From Amphiscolops sp. MND2022 (lineage: Eukaryota): a stretch of DNA of 64,000 nt. Of the stretch, positions 35,303 through 47,958 are shown one piece after another. The number at the start of each line of letters is the position of its first letter. Positions within the stretch are counted from its first letter, which is position 1. Where the stretch lies: positions 52,886,001 to 52,950,000 of the forward strand of contig OZ076415.1 of the NCBI GenBank assembly GCA_964187785.1. Direction: 5' to 3'. The translations under genes and the position numbers were made by a program. Below the pieces are notes generated by a model. It saw only the letters and a program-made list of their open reading frames with translations, did no database searches and was not told the DNA's origin.

Positions 35303-37907
35303 GTTGGAACGGTCCGTGACGAAGACCACGTAAGCGAACTTTACTACTTGTAAATCTGAGTTCAATGTCCGTTTTGTTTAATCAAGAAACTTATGTGTTC
35401 TTTGCTTCATAATCGTTACCTTTTCACCAGCCTCATTGAGTTTCTGAATTGAAATGTCCTCGATCCATTGAACTCTCTGGTTGCATGATCTGTTTCTTAG
35501 TTTTTTTTGTGTTATGTTACTGACATGTTCATTATAGTTGTGAGACCACGGGTGTGTGTCTTCTCCCCCCAACATGATGATACACATGGCACTTGATTGA
35601 TGACGAAGATCCATGATATCTGATAGAGAATTAAAAAAACTATAGTTGTTCTCAAAATGCGCCCAGATGTTCAGACCGTTGCTGAAATAAGGGCACATGT
35701 CTGTGAGTATTTTTTTGAGAATCTTCATGTTGTTTTGGGCAAGCTGTATAATCTTGGGTATAATTTGCTAATGGCATTCAAGCAACTTGTTCCCTATCCA
35801 TCGTAGCTAAATTTTGTTTGCAAACTGCCTCATCTTCAAGTCCAAGAACATTGAATGTGTGTTTGATATTTATGTATCATCTCGTCGCATGCTCCACCAT
35901 CCAATGTGATCCCGTGTTAATTAAAATATCTTCTGATCACTTGTTCCTGCTAATCCTGAGAAAATTGTGATTTTCATTGTTCTTTCAGACTGTTTTGTTG
36001 AGGAAATTCCGACTTCGGAAATGAGGTCAGCTGACTTCTCTATCCCACAGAAAGGTTTGTAAATTCGCCATTATTTTTTCCGCACATGTAACGAAAAATA
36101 CTCACATCCGTGTTTTTTAAAATGTGGCATATTCTGATGTCATACCAAAATTGAATGGGTCCTTCCGAAGAATTTAACTGACATAACCTCTGTTTCGTGT
36201 GATATGTATTTTTAGAGTTTTCGGACTTTTTTGGTTGAACAATATGAAGAACAATTTTTCAGTTTCTGCAATTTTTGTTATTTTCCAGTTTCTTGCAGAC
36301 CAGACTATGTATATGAAATACACACATACCCAGGATGTCCGGACCTGCGTTATTTATCTTAGATTTACAATGCACCTTTTTTCAGTTCACCTATAACTTT
36401 ATTCAATTCCCTTTTTAATGTAACGGAGTATATAGTTTTTATATACCCGATTAAACAAAAAAGAACTTGAACTAACTAAGTTGAGTAAAAATCCAACTAG
36501 ATCTGGGATGGAATATCTGACAAATTCGTATTCAAGCATTATATTTGGCCGGTTAAACTAATTAACATATTTTCTTTTACAGTATTTCCGTGGGTTAGAA
36601 TATCCAAGTTCCCGGACGCTTTTTTGAAGCAGAATCCGAATGTTTCTGATGTGCCGTTTTTTGATCTCAAGTTAACCCTAAAATTTTTTGGTCGATCCCG
36701 AAGGAAATGCGGCTAATTTAGTTCGGGGCGGGAAAAGTCCATCTATTTAGCGGGCGTCGTGTTCTACACAATTTTATGGCTTTTCAACTTTTTCCGACTT
36801 GCCCTCCTTTTAACAACGGGCTCCTTTCATATTCGTCCCAACATGGTTTTCAGTACGCACGGTCCTCACTTTTCGAAAGCGAAAGCGTCAAATTTGGATT
36901 TTATAATTGGGAGAACGGAAATTTTAAAATGTGATTTTTCTTGTCGGTGGAATGAATGTCTTGAGAGAACATTTAACAGCTTTTTAGATGAACTATTGTG
37001 GTTCTTTCGATGTCAGTCTCGGTTCTTGTTTCAGTTCCCGGTGCTTTCACGCGGTCTTTGCAGCGGATATCAGAACAGATTTCTTCATCGGAGAAAACCC
37101 AATATAATCAAGAAGTTTTAGCTCTTTTCCATGACTTGGAAAGTTTAATCGTTAGTACTCACAGGATATCTTTGTGTAAAAAAAGGTCGGTTTTCGAAAT
37201 ATGTTTGAAAAGAGCTTGTTTAGTGGTTAATATTTTCAAGATCAAGAACACTATTATCGAGTACCTGAGATAAGTGTCCCCAATCTATATACCCTTCCTC
37301 GTTTTATCTGAACCCAACAGCAAGTCTCAATTTAGTCCCAATGTAATGTTTCAGTCATGGTGCACCAGAATCATGTCGCAAATGCAGAGTTTAGTTGAAC
37401 CCAATCCTGCTTACCGCTTCTCCAATAATTTCAAGACGCTCGTCACCAAGGTAAGCGAATCCTTCGTGAAATCGAGCCATTTCTTAATTGAGGTGACGGA
37501 AAAGTGAACGTTATTGAATGTATGTTAAATTTTAAGCTGACCTATCTGGATCGTGTATGCCATGGTTATGGTGAGTTGATTGTTTGTGAAAATCCATTGT
37601 CGCGTTTTGTTCATTTTCTCGTTGCATGTGGGGATCAGTCAATCTTCAAATAAGAGAAATATTCGATTTTAAATATTCACTTTACTGGAGACCAAGTAAA
37701 CCTGATGAAACCGTCTTGTTTGCAATCAACTGTTTACTTTTGCTCGATATCGTCTTTCAAGTAGTACTTAAACCTACCTTTTTCAATTTCTGATTCCTTT
37801 TGCCAGCAGCCCATATTCTCTAGCACAGTTTTTTCAACAATTCAATGGTTCCTAGATTGATTTGAATGGCACAAGCATTAAAAAAAGTTGCACAAGAAAT
37901 GGTTATA

Positions 37908-38059
37908 CACTCAACTCATAACGATTGCCCGGGGACCGGCGTTTTTTAATCACTATATCCGAATATCGTTATTGGCGAAAATCGTTATATACTAGCATCG
38001 TGGCCGGGACCGTGAAACTATATCTATACCCGGAATATCGTTATAAACGGAGTTGAGTG
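37908..38059. mobile_element. Small MITE (Tc1/mariner-like)
   Basis: cactcaactc...gagttgagtg TIR, TA on the left flank, internal ttatatcc-type motifs. Confidence 0.55.
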
Positions 38060-38991
38060 CATCTTTCAAAATTCAGTTTTTGGCAGAATCCAGCTCAAAA
38101 GTTCTTGACCCATACCCTTCCACAATAAGTCCTTGTGCAACAAACCCCAATAATATCTTGTTGTTACTGTTACCGCACGCGTGGCGACAGCGGCTCACCT
38201 GACCAAAATCAAAGCCCAATACCAGACTTCTCAAACGCGCTATAGTTCGTTTCTCTGGCATGCGTAGTTGTGGAGATTTTAATAGTTTTTATCCCACTTT
38301 TTGAAAATTTGCAAAAACGCCCAGATTAATTGGGATTAAGAATGCATAGAATCTTCCGTTATAACTTCTTCGATATCACGACATCATTTCGAGCGGCCCA
38401 ATGTCGCCATGATATCCGGATTACACTGTATCTCGAATCAACATCGTAATCTATTTGGCCGTAATTGAGTTCTCGGTAGATCCTGACCACAAGGATCACA
38501 TTTCTCTTCAATTTTTCTTCGACTGAGAAAGCCAGATCTATCATATAACAAACCCATAGTGCATGTTACTCATGCATGAATCGTGCTAACCTTTAGAAGT
38601 GGTTTTCCATTATCCTAAATTTCAGCATCTCGTACTTTTTAAACTTTTTTAAAGTTTATTCTCAAAACAGTTTAAACTTATCATGCTTAGTTACCCAATT
38701 AACATTGGATGTATCTTCTTTTCAGCTAGTCAAAGTAATTTTTCTTCTCGTTTTTCACACTATTCAACTTTCTGTTATGTACATTTTGCATGCATGTTAT
38801 CTAAGTATCGATATTGAATCGCGGTTTTTTATATGTGACTGCGCTCAAGAAATACCAATTGGCGATGTAATGAGAATCTCATTTTTGGCAAGTGTATCAA
38901 AAATTTGAAGGTGATACAAATTGGCGAGTTTCGTGGTAGATAGGAAAAACATCATGATCTCAGTCTAGTTTTACGATGGTGTGTGTTACAG

Positions 38992-40188
38992 AACAAAGAT
39001 TCAAAAGAGGAGAAAATAGAGCAGAGTCCCGAGTATCAGTTCAGTTTGGCCCTGGAGCGAGGCCTCAGTCTGATCGCCTTGAGTGACAGCGGCAGCTCCA
39101 ACGATCTACAGGAGATATCTACGTTGCAGTCGGAGCTAGCCAAGTTGCGATACAACTTTAAACACGGTTCGTCTTGTTCATATGGTATTGCATTATGTTT
39201 TTGATGTGTGAATTATGAGGTATGAATAGAGCACCCATGTTTGAGATTTGACCAGATTCAAATTTTCACAAATTTTCAGTCTTACTGATGTTACAACTAT
39301 TATTATAGTCCTATTTTTAAAAAACTTGTGTCTGTCGTCCAGCTATATCATTGGAAGGCTGTGGTTATCTTTTGCTTGTCTCGAGTGTTATCGGTGCTTG
39401 AAATTTCTAAGAATTTCACAAACATTGCATGTTTTCAGCCGTCGAGGTATCGATAATAACTGACATACGGAGAGTACTATCAGAACTTGACAGGTTGACA
39501 GATATGCGCAAAGACTTGGAGACCAAGAGACTGGACTTAGATTTTGCCAAACGGCGATCAAGAAACGCTTCGAATGACCAGTCCTGTGCAGCCGCATCTA
39601 TTAGTCAAGGTAATAAACCTACTAAACGGTGTCGAATTTTAGCAATAAGTAATTTTGTTACCATTTCATTCACAATCTCATCTTTTTCCAATTGACCCTT
39701 GTGGCATTGTTGAGTACCATCAGTTCGACTATCTTCGTTTTCGTTGTAACTGAAGTTTAAGATTTTCCGCCCATATTTCACAAATGACATAGCAGAGAAT
39801 TTAACCTCTCATTCGCGTTTTATAGAACTTTTTTGGTGGGCGCCTTTTGTAAGAATATTAGAAATAACCGCCGTGACTTTCTACTTGTAGCGGTGTTGAA
39901 GTCAGAACTTGAACTTCATAAAATTATGTTGTCTGTTTAGAAGATGCACAGAGATTGTTCGATGCCTCAGTTCAGCAATTCATTGACCAAGCTCGGAAAC
40001 AGATTTCTGTGCACAAATGCGATCTCGGTGACTTATCAAAAAAACTGGCTTCGTTGCAGAAGCAGAGCAGCAAGGATTGTTTATCTGCTTGTCAATCTGC
40101 CTTACGAGCATGTGTGGATGATCCTACATATTCCGGCGTGAATGGCCATTCAAAGGTAGCTGTCAACTCAAATTCATTCGTTATTTGA
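38992..40188 (+). CDS. BAR-domain (endophilin-like) protein, three exons: 38992-39166, 39439-39609, 39941-~40157/40188
   Basis: AG/GT sites give in-frame joins NFKH-A-VEV and SISQ-E-DAQ; MRKDLETKRLDLDFAKRR resembles the endophilin BAR helix-2 motif; upstream exons not identified. Confidence 0.7.
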
Positions 40189-40666
40189 ATATCGAAATGA
40201 AAATTAATTTATATATGTTGCAATTGGCTTTAATTTTATGTAGAAATAGATTGAATGTGGATTCTTGAATTGAACGTTTTTTGTCTTCAAAGGCGAGATG
40301 CGAGCAATAGAGATATGCTGGAGCCCAAGTAAGATGCTATCCAAAATTTAATTGATTGTTGTTGCTTGTCCGTTGTACTGTTTTTGCTCGATTGCAAACT
40401 TGACATGATCTGTTTGTTGGCCGCTGGCTTCGATTTTTAACTCAATGTCTGTTCCATGAGACTGAAACAAAGTTTTTTATTGCGTAATCTTTTGAGGCCT
40501 GATTGAAGTGAAGATGAAAATCAAGACTTCGCGTGGAATCAATAAACTGATTTGAACGATCACTTCGACGCAGAAAGAGGGCCTTTGAAAAAAGAATTGA
40601 AAGTTATTTCACATGGAATGCATTTGGTGTTGATTATCCCGGTTACCATTTCGTTCATACTTCGAA

Positions 40667-41341
40667 TTTTTAGGAGTCGGAAAAAATTTTCGACTACTTA
40701 TGCAATCGTGCTGTTTTTTTTCTCCCGACCTTTTCATGAAAATTTCAAATTTCTCAAAAACTGTCCATACTATTTTCACGAAATTTTGCACAGTCATTCT
40801 ACACCCAAAGGGGCCCCTGCGTGTGCAAAGGCATTAAAATCGTATGGCCTGGATGTGAGAAACATAGCCAAAATTAGCCCAAAAATGGCCAAAAAACAGC
40901 CATTTTTCGACTTTTTTCGATTTTCTCAAAAACTGTCCATACGATTCGAACGAAATTTTCTACAGTTATTCTACACCATATTAGAGTCCTATATGTGCAG
41001 TGGCATCAAAATCGTATGGCTGGGATGTGAGAAACATAGCCAAAATTGGCCAAAAAACAGTCATTTTTCGATTTTTTTTTCGATTTTCTCAAAAACTGTC
41101 CATACGATTCGAACGAAATTTTCTTCAGTCATTCTACACCATATTATGGTCCTTTATGTGCAATTTCATTAAATTCGTATGGCTGAGATGTGAGAAACAT
41201 AGCCAAATTTAGCCCAAAGATGGCCAAAAAACAGTCATTTTTCGATTTTCTCTTACAAGCTGTTCATACGATTCGAACGAAAGCGAGTCAGAAGGAAAAA
41301 GACTTAAGCCGACTCCTTTACCGCATATGCGGCTCTGGTTT
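40667..41341 (+). mobile_element. Helentron-like HINE family C with internal ~170-bp tandem repeats
   Basis: 5' tttttaggagtcgg, 3' ccgactcct, then hairpin ccgcatatgcgg and ctctggttt. Confidence 0.7.
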
Positions 41342-42094
41342 GAAATACAACGTATTTTTCTTTCATGCATTAGCATTCTATCTTCTAAGATATGTGCAAA
41401 TTTAGTAGACTAATAGCGCGACGTTTCAATTCTAAAGATGCGTATTGGCTTTTACACTTTATTAGCTCTGTTAAATCATTTTTTTCTGTCTCTTTAAAAT
41501 AATAATGACCGCGCGTACTGAAACCGTGATATGGTGTAAAGAGATAAAACCTTTTGCCCTTAGTACATGGAGGGCGTGTCAGTGAAAAGAGTTTGGGTGT
41601 CAGTACGCTGCAAGCTGCAGAGCCTCCTTACAGTGTCAAAAACGTTCCTATAAAATGAATTTGGAAGTCATCGGTAAGTGGAGGGTAATTTATAAATTAG
41701 GACAATGTATCTCAACTTTTATTGATCGTCGGAAATTATATGGTTTCATGGTAAACACCCGAGTTGGTGCAGAATGGTGACGTGTTTTGAAAGCACAGTA
41801 CTATGAAAAGCAAAAGGCAACTAAAGCAGCGGAATCCTACCTGCCATGCAAATTTTTGAGCAATATCCCCTTTTTTCCTGACCCAAGTTTTCTTAGTTTC
41901 ATTGGAAATGTTTTTCTTAATTTTTGTTGCTCCTATGAAGCCTTTTTAGTCGGCGCACTTGCCCAGCAACTACAGTCAGTGATGTATGTTTAAATATTGA
42001 AGTCAAAATGACTTTAAATTATTATTGCGAATTTAAATATAGGAGGTTTTGATAAAAGCCAGTTAGAAAAAAGTAACATGGCAACAAAATTCGA

Positions 42095-42155
42095 ATACAG
42101 TCTAGGTGGAACTCAACGGTCGCGGGTTCGAGTCCCTGCATCAGCCAGAATCTTT
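42095..42155 (+). pseudogene. tRNA-derived fragment
   Basis: gggttcgagtcc B-box followed by a T-run; no complete cloverleaf. Confidence 0.25.
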
Positions 42156-42290
42156 TTCGTGCATTTGCAAAACCGGACGTCCTAAAGGCTTCACGCATTT
42201 GATTTTTTTTGCTTTGAGACTTGAAAATTTTCATCATCTCTTTTAAGTTAGATTTACAGATTTTAACATGAAGCAGTAGCAAGATTCAAT

Positions 42291-43021
42291 TTTTAGTCGA
42301 CGCTTAATGAAGTGAAACGCGACTATAGTAGTGACTCTTTTTAGACGGCGCTTCATGAAGTGAAACGCGACTATTATAGTGACTCTTTTTCTATCCGCAC
42401 GAACTGACCAAAATAGTTCTTAAAAGTTCTACAAAATATTATTGCACCATTTGACCTAGCGAACTGAACCAAAAAGGTTTTTCCGCGTAACATACCATAC
42501 CGGGCGAGACCAAACGGTCCCCCCTTTCAATTTTTTTCGGCACTGCGAGACTTTTTTTCGGAAAAGTTTTTTCCCCAAAGGGGCCCCCTTCAATTTTTTT
42601 GCTGTTTTGCGTCAGAATGGATGCTGGAAAACCCCAAAAGGTCCCCCCTAACAGTTTTTTTGGCACTGAGATTTTTTTCGAAAATAAAAATTTTCCCCCT
42701 TCAATTTTTTGATGTTTTGCGACAGAATGGATGTTGAAAAACCCCAAAGGGTCCCCCCTTTCAGTTTTTTGGCTTTGTGAGACTTTTTTCCTGAAATGTT
42801 TTTCTCTCCAAAGTGTCCCCCCTTCAATTTCTTTGATATTTGACAACAGATTGGGTTTTTAAAATCCCAAAGCGTCCCCCCTTTCAGTTTTTTGGCATTG
42901 TGAGATTTTTTTCAAAAAAAAATTTTTAGTGCTGTAGAAGAGAATACTTTGAAACTTTGATGTCCTTTTGCTATTTTTGAGCCTTGGATATGGTGCCGAC
43001 TTGGGCCGGTCCCGGCTTGTT
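42291..43021 (+). mobile_element. Helentron-like HINE family A (complete ends, duplicated 5' block)
   Basis: ttttagtcgacgc...gactatagtagtg twice; 3' ggtgccgacttgggccggtcccggcttgtt. Confidence 0.8.
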
Positions 43022-44209
43022 CAAATACAATTGAGATTTTGTCAATTTTGCTGCCATTTTAATGCAAATCACATTTAGTCTGCGTAGAAGTTTCAGACGC
43101 TACGATTGGCAGAAGTTACAAGTTAGTAAGCAACAACTTGTAAAGGTTATAAAATCAGTCAGTTCGTTGGTCTTGAAAAAAAGTCCCTACTATAGTCTGC
43201 TTTTTCTACGAAAGCGCCGACGAAAAATAAGGTCTCACAATACCGAATAAAAATGGGGCCCTTTAGCTTCAAATGATTTTGTATCAACTCTTGGTATCCT
43301 AAAAATTGAAAGAGGTGACTCTTTTGAGATTTGAAAAATTTTCCAAGAAACGTTACATCCGGTATACGTTGTATCCAGAATTCGTTATGTTCGAGAGGAG
43401 TGTAATGGTCTAGGAACATAAGTCTTTCCGAATTTCTACAATGGGACGTAAAGGCAACAGTAACGTGTCAATTGCTGCTGTGTTCAATCATCCTCCGACG
43501 AAGCAGCATAATTCAGCAAGAAATGCGGTAGTTTCGAAACTTGGGCTCACTGTGAGGTGACGTCATTTTTGGACTCCATTACCACGTTTCTTTGCCCTTT
43601 TTCCTCTGGAATTGAATACGGATTTTTAGTCTGCGCTCATTACCATGCCAAAGTGGTATATTTGTGATTTGTGTGGAATCCACAAAAAATGGTTTTGTGG
43701 ATTCTACAAAATTTGAACATCAAAGAAATGGCGGCATGGAAGTTTGGATTTTATGGAATCCGGATAATAATATTGCTAATGTATAAGCGCAAGGTGATGT
43801 GGAATCTAGAAAAAAATTATGTGGAACCCACAGAATAATGTTCGTATGTTTAAAGGCTGCTTTTGTGGAATCCACGACTATAGCAGTGGTTTTTTGAAGA
43901 CCGGTGAACTGACAGGTTTCTATAAGCTTCTGTATTTTATATCGTATATCCGAGTCTTTGCCGTTAGTTATATCCGAAGTAAGTTGCGTTTCACTAAAGA
44001 GGAAACGGAGGCTCAAAAAAGCGTTCTCATTTGCACCGGCACGATATATCCAGACTTTTGGCGTTATTTCCGAAATAAATTGTAAAACGCAATTCACTTC
44101 GCATAACAAAATTTCTTTCGAACTTCGGCATCCTCCTTAGTAAGTGTTATGCGAAGTGAATTGCGTTTTACTAAGGAGGAGGTTCGAATCTTATGTTTTC
44201 GTCACTGTG

Positions 44210-44770
44210 ACTTTTCAGAACTCTCTCAAACGGAGTGCCCCGTTTTGATTTTTATCATGAATAAATCGTTTTGCGAGCATAGAGGGCCATTTTACGTTTT
44301 TTTTGTCACATTGTGACTTACCGAAGCTTCTGTGGAAAAAAATTTCCCAATTATTTTTTTCGATGAGATCCTTTTCCGAGTCCAAAGTGTCCTCGTTGAT
44401 TATTTTTCGGTCTAGTGGATTGTTTGAGAGTTCTCTCAAAAATTGTGGAATTGACCTACGGTATTTGTCGTCTCTGTGCGAAGAATTTTTGTTTGGTCAA
44501 AGTGTGCCCCCTTCACTTTCATGAACGTTTTCGGCTTGAAAAGAGCGTTTTGCGAGCCGAAAGATGCATTTTCAGCATCATGAGACTTTTCCCGAGGAAA
44601 AAAATCGAAAAGTTATATTTCAAAATGATTTTCGAGTCTTGTGCGTATCTTTTCGGATGATTTTCGTCACAGTAATATTGATGAAATTTTGGCAACAGTT
44701 TCCTTTGGATTTTGAACGTGGTTTTCTGAAACTTGAGCGGGGCACCGGCCTGGGCCATTCCCGGCTTGTC
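44210..44770 (+). mobile_element. HINE family A-related copy (3' end retained)
   Basis: Ends ggcaccggcctgggccattcccggcttgt. Confidence 0.55.
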
Positions 44771-46989
44771 TATAATGACAAAAAACTATGATCTTACTGA
44801 AACAGTTCTGACGAACTTAGTAGCTGCTGAATGAAAAACAGAGACGAACGCGTTAAAGCTCAGAAACTTGAATAGTACCAATACTTCGAGAATAATCTGA
44901 ATATGTTCTCCGTAGTGGTTTGAAGTATTTGATGAGATGTTCGTCGAAGGACGAAGTTTGTAACTCTGCGAATTCGTTATGACGTTATCACCACCGTACG
45001 TTGTCTCCTGAAGATAGTTGACGATTTTGTCATCATTTCAATGGTTTGTCCGCTAAGCGTAATCCAGCTACCGCTAATGATTTGGAAATCCTACGAAGGA
45101 AGATTTGATTGATAGGAGCTTCTCCAATTGGTCGAAAGCCATGAAGGGCCCAAGTCGGAGACGCTAGGGTTTTGAAGCGTGCTAATGTTCGTATTATATC
45201 GAAATAATGAAACGGAAACCCTTCTGATGGTAATCAAGATTCATGAAATCGTTCGACAGTGGCAAAAAGTCCTCTGAATTCCGTCACTTTCCTGTAATGT
45301 GAGTCGTCTGGAGATCTGCAATAATGTTGGACGAAACATGGATTTCTGAAAAGTCTACCTTTCGTGTCAAACTGAAAAAAACTGTCACATCGCCTGTTTG
45401 AATGTTTCACAGATGCCATTCACAAGGAGCCTACAATGTATTTGGGTCTTGTAGTTAGTACATGTAAGAATATTGTAAGAAAAGAATCCCCCAAAGCTTT
45501 TGATCAGTTTGATGACTAGCAATTTTGGCTCCGATGGCGAATATATCTGCTTTAGTTTCCCCATAGTGTTGACTTTCAATCACATAGGAAGTGGGAATAC
45601 CTATGCTGAGGTAAATTCTTCAAAAAGTTTTCCGAGACTCAAAAATTCTGTTGAATGAAGGAAATTTTAACAATGATATCTAAATTTTAAATATCTATTC
45701 ATTGTTAAACTGCTAAGTTTTCAGATGGTCGATATCTTTATATTTTGTGTCTGTAATTTCTAAAAGATTCAAGATATGCGGTGAAGGAAATAATTACTAT
45801 CGGTTCTTTTTGTAAATAAATATATATTTTTTCAATCAACTTGAACTTCGCAGTTTTATTGATGTTGATAATTGAATCTTAATTAGAATCTTTATTTTAA
45901 ATAAGACTGCAAAGCATTGAGTACCCCAATAAAGTAACTTTTTCGGCGTCTCTTTCGGGGGCGAGGAAATTATTCATCTATAATTTATAGTATTAAAACA
46001 CTCATTCACTTTTTTCAAGTCGCCAACAAGTAGAAGTCATTTGGTCAGTTCCAATTAAATTCTATGGTCCCATTTCGTTGTCAATTGCGGTAGCAGTGAA
46101 TCAGCGCTACCCCAAGTCTTTAGCAGCTAGTTTACAGTGTAGGGCGTTGAAAATTTGCAAAACGCCATTCGAAATTCCTGAACCACTCAGATGAAAGATT
46201 AAGTTTTCTGAAAAGGCATTCAAAATTCCCAAATCGTCATTTCAGTAATCCCTCTGCAGACCATTGCTCGCATACAGCTGGTGATTGAGATTGAAAGTTT
46301 AGGCCGTTATGCGAAGCAGCAATTTCATTCTTTTTACCTCTCCAGTAGCATGATAGTAACGTATGTTAATTTTGAATTTCTGTTTTGTTAATTTCGATTG
46401 TCTAATTTTTGAAATTAGCCAATTGGAATCGAGATTATTGATAAAGCAGACTGGTTTTGGAAACAAATTTGAATGTCGTTTTGTAACTTTTCAACGTCTT
46501 ACACTGTATTTAATACTCTTAGCGCCGGGGCAGCGCTATTATTGAGATGTCTGACGCAAACGAGTGATATTTATTCGTACTGCGAGTGCTCAACCGGCAT
46601 TTGAATAAGGATGCCAAACGTATTGTCGTTGTATTTTCTCTTGTTAAAGTAGAAAAGCGTAGAGTCCGAGAAGAATCAAAGGCGCTGTAAACTGGTATAG
46701 TGATTCACTGTGTATACATGTATATACACGTGATATGAATTAACAGGAGGGTATAGTCGTTTCAGGTAAATAGCTAATTTGAGAATCATTGCGGGCTTTC
46801 TGCCTACTTTAAATTTCGAAAATCCAAAAATGTCTGAAAACCTGACCATAAAGTTTTAAAGTGGACGCAATTTATGTCAAATTTTGGGGGAAAAGTCGAT
46901 AACGTAATACGAGAAATGAAAACGTTTTTATCCGAATTCAAGTACGTGTTAGATGTTACGAGAAACTTTTTACGTAACTCTTTTTAGAG

Positions 46990-47260
46990 CTTTGAAAAAT
47001 TCTCTAAGAAACGTTATATCCGGTGTACGTTATATCCGGAATTCGTTATATCCGGTATAAGTTGTGTCGTTATATCCGGTATATGTTGTATCGGGTACTC
47101 GTTATATCCGGTTTGCATTAAATCCGGTATGGATTGTTATTGTTGAAGGGGACTGCTTAGCACTTATTACAGCTTTGGAAAGTTCTCCGAGAAACGTTAA
47201 ATCCGGCATACGTTTTATTCGGAATTCGTTAGGGTTAAATCATGTATGGGTTGCGTTTTT
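46990..47260. repeat. cgttatatccgg sub-repeat MITE-like sequence (duplicate at ~50115-50385; relatives at ~43340 and ~55050)
   Basis: Multiple tatatccgg units; relative at 55050-55220 ends gatccactgTA. Confidence 0.55.
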
Positions 47261-47385
47261 GTCGAAAGGGACTCCTTAGCACTTTTTACAGCTCAAATGT
47301 AGTATGTAGATTGTTTAGAAGGGACATCGCCAACAGCCTATAAAGTTAATAACATCTGCCACTTCGTCGGTCTTATAAGTATAAT

Positions 47386-47958
47386 AAACAAGCCGGAAGC
47401 GGCCCAAGTCGGTGCCATATCTAAGGCTCAAAAATAGCAAAAGGACTTCAAAGTGTCAATTATTCTCTTCTACAGTGCCCGAATGGGGAAAATTTCCAAA
47501 ATTTTTCTCGAAATTTTTTTGAAGTATCCGGTAAGTCGCATAGTGCTGAAAATTGTAAAAGGGTGGACTCTTTGTGATTTTTTCAACGTCCTTCTGTTGC
47601 AAAAAATTAAGGGGGGATCCTTTGGAGACATTAAAAAAATGCAAAAAATTGTCTCACAAAGCCGAAATAACATGCACAAAAAAATTTTGGTCAAGGGTAA
47701 GACTCGAACCCATGTCCTTCTGCTTGGCAGACCTCAAAAATTATTATAAACCTCTATGCCAAGTGGCAGTAGAAGTTGCGGTTACAAGCTTAGTGTGGCA
47801 GTTAGTGGAAGCAATAACTTCAGCTTATAAAGCCTATAAAATCTGTCACGTCATTGGTCCTAAAAAAGCCAGTGCTATAGTCTGCGTTTTCTACGAAAAG
47901 CGCCTACTTAAAAACCCACTACTATAGTCTGCATTTTTTAAGAAAGCGCCGACTACAA
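47386..47958 (-). mobile_element. HINE family A (duplicated at ~50510-51082)
   Basis: aaacaagccggaagcggcccaagtcggtgcc at the left; gaaagcgccgacta with duplicated terminal block at the right. Confidence 0.75.

Larger units (their letters stand above)
30543..35353 (+). mobile_element. CRE-clade non-LTR retrotransposon (CRE-2): PHD finger, RT, Zn knuckle, RLE endonuclease; RLE split by three insertions
   Basis: CSKCRKWFHIKC PHD; GIRPIDVGNTLRR; KVDFKNALNS; WYLDDG; CRCG..H..SC..RHHNLN; KRPDG..W..LVWDVT; GNAASVVGT...ELYYL* ends at 35353. Confidence 0.85.

Noticed and set aside
34016-35365. ORFs 34016-34240, 34893-35228 and 35066-35365 as small proteins
   Set aside because: They are read through the shared non-coding core and sub-repeats, and the frame is not conserved among the three copies.
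40850-41280. CRISPR-like or satellite array
   Set aside because: The ~170-bp units are imperfect with no unique spacers and lie inside a Helentron-like element.
40552-43420. F/K-rich ORFs (40552-41172, 42439-42846 and others, also 47453-47927)
   Set aside because: Chance open frames in AT-rich HINE repeats.
46990-47110. CRISPR-like ttatatccgg repeats
   Set aside because: Short irregular sub-repeats of a MITE family in eukaryotic DNA; no cas genes.
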